From contig NZ_CP015137.1 in assembly GCF_001644705.1 (NCBI RefSeq), positions 360,001-392,000 on the forward strand: DNA of 32,000 nucleotides, read 5' to 3'. The notes under the pieces were generated by a model. It had not been told where the DNA came from. It was given only the letters and a program-made list of their open reading frames with translations, and made no database searches. This DNA is from Dickeya solani IPO 2222 (GTDB lineage Bacteria > Pseudomonadota > Gammaproteobacteria > Enterobacterales > Enterobacteriaceae). How positions within the stretch are numbered: position 1 is the stretch's first letter; each line of letters begins with the position of its first letter. The translations under genes were made by a program, and so were the position numbers. Positions 1 to 8,200 of this stretch are shown here, piece by piece.

Positions 1-428
1 AGCCCCAACTCCGCGGGCGATAACGACTCCGTCGACAACGAGGAGCGCGCCAGAGACGCCACATCCAGTTCAAACGCAACGGTGCCGGTAGTGTCCAGTT
101 CCGCGGTCACTTCACGGCCGCGTTTATCGAGCAGCAGCAGCGTCGGCGCCGAATCTTGCAGAATGTAGGACAGGCGTTCCTGCGGGTAATCCGGGTCGAG
201 CGGCACGTAGGCCCCACCTGCTTTGATGATCCCCATCAGGCCCACCACCATCTCGATACTGCGATCCAGACAGATGGCAACGCGATCGTCCGGTTTAACC
301 CCCTGCTGGCGTAAATGGTGCGCCAGTTGGTTGGACAAGGCATTCAGCTCTGCGTAGCTCAGTTCACGATCGCCAAAGCGCAGCGCCGTTGCCGACGGCG
401 TCAGTTTAACCTGCGCTTCGAACATCTG
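1..428 (-). other. Adenylation domain (N-terminal part only, motifs A1-A2); specificity residues lie outside the window
   Basis: aa ~565-706 read MFEAQVKLTPSATALRFGDRELSYAELNALSNQLAHHLRQQGVKPDDRVAICLDRSIEMVVGLMGIIKAGGAYVPLDPDYPQERLSYILQDSAP. Confidence 0.85.
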
Positions 429-2120
429 ATGCGTATAGGCAACGTCAGGGTAAACCTTGGCGGTGTTATTCCATTCGTTCAACAGCAAATGACGTTCGGC
501 GGCTGGCAGAATAGCGATCTGCTGCATCGGCGTATTGGGCGCGTTATCCAGCGCGCCGGCGATATTTTCAAGCGCCTGCTGCGTATAGGCGAACAGCAGT
601 TCGGGGTCCAGCGAATCCACCACCTGAATATTCAGGCCCAGCGCGTTGCCGTAGTCGTCCACCGACAGCGTGATCGGGTAAGTGGTGCGTTCTTCAAAGC
701 CATCCCACTGATCGGCTTCCGGCACTACAAAATCCAGCGACTTGCTTTCTGATTCACGGTTATGGCGATAGTTAAACAGGGTGTTGAACAGCGGCGTAGA
801 ACCGCTAATACCGCTGCAGCGCAGTGCTAATGCCAATGACGCATGCTCATGGCTAAGCAGTTCCGCCAAACGTTTGTGGGTGGTGCGCACGCTTTCCTGA
901 ACGCTGGCGCCATGCATATCAAGGCGCAGCGGCAGCGTGTTAATGAATGGCCCCATGATCTGGTCGGCGCCGTCGCCGGCATGCATACGACCAAACAAAA
1001 TGGTGCCGAACACCACGGAATCCTGGCCGCTGATGCAGGCCAGAACCTGGCCCCACGCCAGATGGCAAATGCTGCCGAGGCTCACCCCCAGACGGCGCGC
1101 ATGCGCACGCAGGGCATCGTTCAAGCGCTGGGGAACCTTACGGGTCACTTCGATAATGTCGAAGTCATCCAGCATATTGACCAGGCCGTAAGGTGCGGTC
1201 GGCTCATCGATATCCGCCAGCGTAGCGCGGAAATAACGCTCATGCTCTTCCGGGCTTTTACCAAGGCGCACCTGCGCGATCAGACGACGGAACGGCTGCG
1301 CCGCCGGCAACGTGTGCCCGCGCCCGGCCAGGAAGGTATGAATCTCGGCGGAAAGAATAAGTACCGACGTAATATCATCGATCAGGTGATGCAGAACGCG
1401 GAACATCTCCCAGCGTTCGCTGCGCTTGTCATAAGCGACAAACGCGTGCAGTAACGGCGGCTTAGCCAGGTCAATGCTGTAATGCGACGGGTCGAAACGA
1501 TCGGACAGCTGTTTAGCGATAGGACCGTTCGCCGGGTCCAGATCCACCTCCAGCACGTGCAGTGTCGCCTGACGCTGAACCACCTGGCACGGGGTCGATA
1601 CGCCTTCCCAGTAGAAACCGGTACGCATGATATCGTGGCGGTCAATCACCTGCTGCACCGCGGCAAGATAGTTATCGACCTTTTCGCGGCTATCAAACGT
1701 CATCTGCCCCGTTTGCAGGTAGGGGTCGCCTTTGCTGGCCAGCATATGGTGGAACAGAATCCCTTCCTGAAGCGGCGCCAGCGAGTAGATATCCTGGATA
1801 TTGCTCACGCCGCCGGACACCTGTTCGACCACGTGATCGATATCTTTCTGAGTAAAGTCAATCAGCGGCAACAGCTCTGGCGTAATCGCCGTCGTCTCTG
1901 GGGTAATCTTGTTCGCAGGGACCACCACCTCAAACGCGTTTGACAGGCGTTTGCCATTACGCAGAGCGTGAACCATGGTCATTTTATGCTCGCGTAGCGC
2001 ACTTTTAATCTCACTGGTTAGCGCGCCTTTGGCTGAAGTAATAACCAAATCATCGTTATCCAGCGATATCGAGATTTTTGCCTCTTCCAACGTCAGCAGT
2101 AATTGTTCGAAATCGCTCAT
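1..2120 (-). CDS. Non-ribosomal peptide synthetase, N-terminal 706 aa (docking domain - C - start of A); 3' end lies beyond the window
   Basis: The minus-strand frame is open from ATG 2118-2120 (GGAGGA 6 nt upstream) to coordinate 1. I hand-translated it without stops (MSDFEQLLLTLEEAKISISL...VASLARSSLSTESLSPAELG). It contains the C motifs IQDIYSLAPLQEGILFHH and HHLIDDITS and the A-domain motifs LSYAELN and KAGGAYVPLDP. It is absent from the supplied ORF track because it has no stop codon in the window. Confidence 0.93.
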   Translation of the reverse strand, partial: MSDFEQLLLTLEEAKISISLDNDDLVITSAKGALTSEIKSALREHKMTMVHALRNGKRLSNAFEVVVPANKITPETTAITPELLPLIDFTQKDIDHVVEQVSGGVSNIQDIYSLAPLQEGILFHHMLASKGDPYLQTGQMTFDSREKVDNYLAAVQQVIDRHDIMRTGFYWEGVSTPCQVVQRQATLHVLEVDLDPANGPIAKQLSDRFDPSHYSIDLAKPPLLHAFVAYDKRSERWEMFRVLHHLIDDITSVLILSAEIHTFLAGRGHTLPAAQPFRRLIAQVRLGKSPEEHERYFRATLADIDEPTAPYGLVNMLDDFDIIEVTRKVPQRLNDALRAHARRLGVSLGSICHLAWGQVLACISGQDSVVFGTILFGRMHAGDGADQIMGPFINTLPLRLDMHGASVQESVRTTHKRLAELLSHEHASLALALRCSGISGSTPLFNTLFNYRHNRESESKSLDFVVPEADQWDGFEERTTYPITLSVDDYGNALGLNIQVVDSLDPELLFAYTQQALENIAGALDNAPNTPMQQIAILPAAERHLLLNEWNNTAKVYPDVAYTHQMFEAQVKLTPSATALRFGDRELSYAELNALSNQLAHHLRQQGVKPDDRVAICLDRSIEMVVGLMGIIKAGGAYVPLDPDYPQERLSYILQDSAPTLLLLDKRGREVTAELDTTGTVAFELDVASLARSSLSTESLSPAELG
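546..1889 (-). other. Condensation domain (full length, HHxxxD present)
   Basis: aa ~78-525 carry IQDIYSLAPLQEGILFHH, RHDIMRTGFYW, VLHHLIDDITS (His-His-x3-Asp), IMGPFINTLPLRLD and FEERTTYPITLSVDD. It is a close paralogue of the C domain at 5152-6495. Confidence 0.9.
1947..2120 (-). other. TubC-type (beta-hairpin) N-terminal NRPS docking domain
   Basis: aa 1-58 read MSDFEQLLLTLEEAKISISLDNDDLVITSAKGALTSEIKSALREHKMTMVHALRNGKR. This fits the pattern L..L...g..l..d.d.L.i.a.kGaLt.ei...l..hK..l...L seen in docking domains that precede a C domain at protein N-termini. Confidence 0.7.
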
Positions 2121-2223
2121 TCTTTATCCTCCGTGATAATAACTTTTATTCGATGGTGATTGACGTAATGCAATGCAACGAAACGGCCAGGGTCGTTTTG
2201 CAAGCGTGTTGGGAATGGCATCG

Positions 2224-5200
2224 TCACAGTCGAGTCTCCGCAAGCTCGATGGTTCTGGCCGCAAGGTCTGCCAGAATAGGCGTATCAAAAAGTGTGCGTA
2301 TCTCGATGCTGAGCCCTCTTCGGCGTAACTGTTCAATCAAACGCACGGCTAGCAGCGAATAGCCGCCGAGTTCAAAAAAGTGGTCCTGACGTCCGATCCG
2401 CTCGACACCCAGAAGTTCTTCCCAGATAGACGCCATGGTGATTTCCATACTGCCCTGTGGCGGAACATACGCGCGCCGGGCGAAGGACATCTCATCCGGC
2501 GGCACCAGAGCGTTGCGGTCTATCTTGCCATTCGGCGTCAGCGGTAAAGATTTGAGCGTCACGAAGGCGGCCGGGACCATATAATCCGGCAGCGCATCCT
2601 GAAGATGCTTACGTAATGCTTTACGGCTAAACAGGGTCTGTACCAGACCTTTGAGCGCCGCCGCGTGTTCCAGCGCCGGCAACGCATTCTCAGGCACGAT
2701 CCAATCGATCAAACAGGCGACCTCATTAACACCGGCTTCCTGTAACTTCTCCGCCACGGGCAGCGCGGATTCCGGCGTACCAATAAATGACAGCTCGCGG
2801 GTATAGCGCTTGAAAGCGAACTCCAGCATGCTGCGTTTATCCGCGCTGGGAAGCGTATCGAGGTGAATGTTCTGCTCTTTGAGCCAGCCGGAGAGTAAAC
2901 TGAGATGCCCTTCCAGATAATCAAGGAACGGCCCTTTCGCCTGTGCCAATACCTCGTTAAGGTTCTCCCCCAGGTAGGTATGAATCATCACCGTCACCGT
3001 GCCGGTACGGGGATCGAACCCCGCGTTTTCACGCGCCGTGCGGTATATTTCGATATTTTTAGCCAGCTTCTCGATATTCTGCGTGAGCATGTGGGTCAGC
3101 AAATTCGCCCCGCTGCGACCGGCATACTCAAAGGTTTCCGATGCACCGGCGGCGGTTACCCAAATCGGCAGTTGCTTTTGCACCGGAGCGGGGTAAATCC
3201 GTACTGAAATTTCATCCCCATGACTATCCCGGCGGGAAACGCTGCCGCCCTGCCACAGCGTTTTCAGTTCCTCAATGCCTTTATGCATCAATTCACGGCG
3301 CTCATCGTAATTCTGCGGCGCCAGGACAAAATCCTGCTTATTCCAGCCTGAAGCGACGCCGATGCCAACGCGGCCGTTCGACAGGTTGTCGAGTATCGAC
3401 CAGTCTTCCGCCACGCAGAGCGTATCGTGCAACGGCAACACCACGCTGCCGGGACGCAGCTGGATATGGCGTGTTCTGGCCAACAGCGAGGCGCTTAACA
3501 GCGCCGGATTGGCGAACAGCCCCCCGACGTGGTGGAAGTGACGTTCCGGCGTCCACACGGCGGTGAAACCGTGTTTATCGCCAAACTCCGCCACCTCTGC
3601 GTAATGGTTATAAGCCTGCACGGCATCGCTGCTGGCGCCGAAGAAGAACAGGCTAAAATCCAGGCTGTCACTGTCGGCCAATGCCTCTTCCACATACTCT
3701 TCGGTCACACCGGGAACCACATACGCCACCAGCCGCGTCTCCCCGGAGATATCCTCTCTGGCGACGACCACCGCTTCGCGCACCCAGGGATGGCTCAACA
3801 ACCGCGCTTCGATTTCGCCCAGTTCGATACGGTGCCCACGCAACTTCAGCTGATGGTCGGTACGCCCGAGGAAAATCAGGCGGCCATCGGCCATAAACTG
3901 CGCGAAATCCCCGGTACGATAGAGACGGGCCGCCGGATCGGTTGAGAACGGGTCGGGAATAAAACGCTCGGCGGTCAGCTCGGGACGCTGGTGATAACCA
4001 CGGGCAACCCCGTCACCACCGATATACAACTCCCCGATAGCGCCCATCGGCACCGGTTTGCCGTACCTGTCCAGCAGATAGACTTGCGTGTTGGCAATCG
4101 GGCGGCCAATCGACTGGTTGTATTGCGTGACGTCCTCTGCATTGACGCGATTACACGTTGACCACACCGTGGTTTCCGTCGGCCCGTAGAGGTTCCACAA
4201 TGACTCGCCGAAGGCATGCAGACGCACCGCCAAATCGCTGGGCAGCGCTTCACCGCCGCAAAGGATCTTCAGCTGCTTGTGCGGTGTGGCGTCGGTATCC
4301 ACCAGCAAGCGCCAGGTGGTTGGCGTGGCTTGCATGATGGTGATGTTCAGGGTGTGCAACAGGTTAAGCAGCGCGTGAGGATCCATCGCCTGACTGCGGC
4401 TCGCCAGCACAATCGACGCGCCCGTCATCAACGGCAGATACAGTTCAAGCCCGGCAATATCAAATGAGATGCTGGTGACCGAGAGCAAACAATCCTCAAC
4501 GCCGAGGTTGAATAGTGCCTGCATCCCCGTCAGAAAATTGACCACCTGACGATGCTCAACCATCACCCCTTTCGGCTTGCCGGTCGAGCCCGAAGTATAA
4601 ATCACATAAGCCAGGTGGCTGGCGTTGAGCGTCGCCACATCGGGGTTGCCGCCAGGCAGTGCTTCCCAACGTGCGCCATCACGCGCCAGATCGACCACCG
4701 TGATATCACTGCCGGCCGCAGCCCCAAAGACGTCGCGTCCACGCTGGTCAAGCACCAGTACCTTAGGCGTGGCATCCTCAAGAATATAGGCCAGCCGTGT
4801 GGCGGGATATTCAGGGTCGAGCGGCACGTAGGCCCCGCCGGCTTTGAGGGTCGCCAGCAAAGCGACCAGCATCGTTTCCGTGCGTTCCGTACACACCGCT
4901 ACGCGCGTATCCGGCCTCACCCCTTGGGCTATCAAATGGTGAGCAAGACGGTTGGCGCGCTGATTAAGCTCGGCATAACTGAGGCGAACGTTACCCATTT
5001 GCAGCGCCAGCGCCTGTGGTCGTTGTTCGACCTGCCGCTCAAACAGCTGGTGGATAGTCGCCGTCGCCGGGAACGGCACCGCGGTATCATTCCAGGTTTT
5101 CAGCAGGTGCCGGCGCTCTTCCGGCGGCAGAATATTGAGTTCATACAGCGGCATTGGCGCGGCTGCCGGAACCCTATCGGCTTCAAGCGCCGCCACCAGG

Positions 5201-8200
5201 CTACTGATACTCTGGTGGAAGTAGCCAAACAGGCGCGCACAAGAAAGCGATTCAATCGCCTGAACGCCAATATCAAACCCATCGCCGAAGTCATCGACAG
5301 AGACAGAGATCGGGTAGTTGGTGCGCTCTTCAAATCCGTGCCATACCACGCCATCAAATTCGATATCACCTAACACATCACTGTCGGTCGGGCGATTGCG
5401 GCGGTAGTTGAACACGGCGCTGAACATCGGCGTCGGCGCCACAATCCCACTACATTGTTGAGCCAGCGACAAGCTGGCATGTTCATGTTTTATCAGCGCG
5501 GTGAGGCGCTGATGCGTCTGGCGAACCGCATCGGCGGCATAACCCTCGCCGACATCAAGACGCAACGGCAGCGTATTGATGCAAGGCCCCATGATTTTAT
5601 CGCTGTTCTCACCGTGCATACGTCCGGACAGGACGGTACCGAACACCACCGTATCGCTGCCGCAGGCAGCGCTCAGGACCCGCGCCCAGCTCAAGTGGCA
5701 CAGACTACTCACGCTTACGCCAAGGCGGCGAGCCTGAGCGCGCAGCCGTTGAGCCAGCGGCGCTTCAAGCGGGCGCCGTGTTTCACTGATCCGCTGGCCT
5801 TTAAGGTGGCCGTTCTTGAGATTAAACGGCACCGACGGTTCGGTGATGTCCGCCAGCATGTCGGTAAAAAACGCCGATTGCTGTTGGGTATCGTGACGTT
5901 GCTGCAACCGCGCCACGTGATGACGAAACGGCAATGCCGCCGGCAAACGCGCGCCTTCGCCATTGAGGAATGCCTGAATGTCGGAGAGCAAAATCTGTAG
6001 TGAGGCAATGTCATCCACCAAATGATGGATATACATCAAGGCTTCCCAGCGGGCCTGTTCTTCATCATAGGCCACCACCATGTGTAGCAACGGCGGCTGC
6101 GTGAGGTCGATGCGGTTGACCTGAGGATCAACGCGCGCCTTCATCTGTTCAACGACCGGGCCATCCTGAGCATCAAAGGTGAGCTCTGCAACGTGCAAGC
6201 GCGCGTGGCGTAGCACGACCTGCACAGGCGTTTCTACCCCTTGCCAGATAAACGCGGTGCGCAAGATATCATGGCGCTCAACAACGTGTTGGATAGCCTC
6301 AAGATAGCGATCCAGGGTCTGCCGGTGCGTAAATGACAGATGACCACACTGAAGGTAAGGGTCGCCGGCTTCATCGAACAGATGGTGGAACAGAATGCCT
6401 TCCTGCAGCGGCGCCAGCGCATAGATATCCTGAATATTGGCGATGCCTCCAGGTATGCGGGTAACGATCTGGTCTATCTGCTGTTGAGAAAGCGACACTA
6501 ACGGGAAAAGCGCGGGATGAAGCGCGGTGGTCGCCGGCGTGACCACATTCTCCGGGATGACGAACGCCGGGGAGGCATCGTCCTCAAGCCTGATTTGCGC
6601 AGCAAGATCGGCCAAAACTGGATGAGCGAAGAGAGTGGGCACATCGGTATACAGTTTCTGCTCACGGAGCGCTGCCTGCAGTTGCATCGCCAGCAGTGAA
6701 TGCCCACCCAGTTCGAAGAAATTGTCCTGCCGCCCGACCTGATCAACGCCGAGCATTGTCCGCCACAGCTGCGCCAGAATAGATTCCGTACCGGCGTTCG
6801 GCGCTTCAAAGTCGCGCTGCACGTAAGCGCTATCGTCCGGTAGCGGCAAGGCCTTACGATCGATCTTGCCATTCGCCGTCAGCGGCAGCGATTCCATCAC
6901 CACAAACGCCGCCGGGATCATATAGTGGGGCAGTTGCGTGGCGAGCACCTCGCGCCATTGCGCAATCGCACCATTACCGCACGCCGCCTCTGGCACTACA
7001 TAAGCCACCAGACGGGCCTCGCCGCTATCCGGCGTAATGCCGATAACGGTAGCGTCTTTGATGTGCTCAAGCGCCGCAATACGCGACTCGATTTCACCAA
7101 GCTCAATGCGATACCCGCTCAGTTTGATTTGGTGATCGCGACGGCCAAGAAATTCAATACGACCATCGTCAAACCAGCGCCCGATATCACCGGTACGGTA
7201 GACTCTGGCTCCGGCAACCCAGGGATCGGCAATAAACTGCTGGGCCGTCAGTTCAGGGCGATTCATGTACCCCACCGCGACGCCCTCGCCGCCGATCCAG
7301 ATTTCACCCGCCATGCCCGGCGCGCAAAGCTGACCCAGATTATCGACCACGTACATACGGGTGTTGGCGATGGGCCGCCCAATACTCAGGCGAGTATCCT
7401 GGCTGTGCTCAAAACCACGCATCCATGCCGACGACATAATGGTGGTTTCCGTCGGGCCGTAACCATTGATGTAACGGCAGCGCTCGCTCCAGCGTTCAAT
7501 CAGCCCAGGCGTCGGCGCTGACCCCGCCGTCAGAATGGTCATGCCTTCAGGCACGCGTGCGGGATCTAAGTGCGTGAGATACGGCGGTGGGAAGGCCGAG
7601 AAACGAATGTCGTGTTCAACCATATACTCCGTCAACGCGGGCGGATTCTGAATCAACGCATTCGACAGCAGATGCAGTTCACAACCGCGCGTCAAGGTAC
7701 CGAAAATCTCGCCCGCTGAGGCATCAAAGGTATAAGGCGCGAACTGGGTGATCGGTTGCCCGGCGCTAAAAATCCCGATGTGTTCGCACCAGGCACAGAA
7801 ATTGATCAGGCTGCGATGCGCTATCTCTACGCCTTTCGGCGTGCCCGTGGTCCCAGAGGTATAGATGATATAAGCAATAGCGTGCGAATCGATGGCCTCA
7901 GAATGGCTATCCTCAGGCTGCTCAGCATCCGTTTGCGCCTGCTCCAGATAATCCTCAACCAACAGCAAGGTGCTGCTTTCGTCCTCGCTAAAACTCGACC
8001 GATCGGCCCGGCTGGTCAGCGTCCAGCGCACTCGCGCATCGTTAATAATGAACGCGCGACGCTCGCCCGGCGCATCCAGGCCGACAGGCACATAAGCAGC
8101 GCCCAGCTTGATGATACCCAGCATGGCCGCGATCAGGTTCGGCGTTTTATCCATACTCAGGACAATACGATCGCCCTGGGTCACGCCGACGCGGCGCAGC

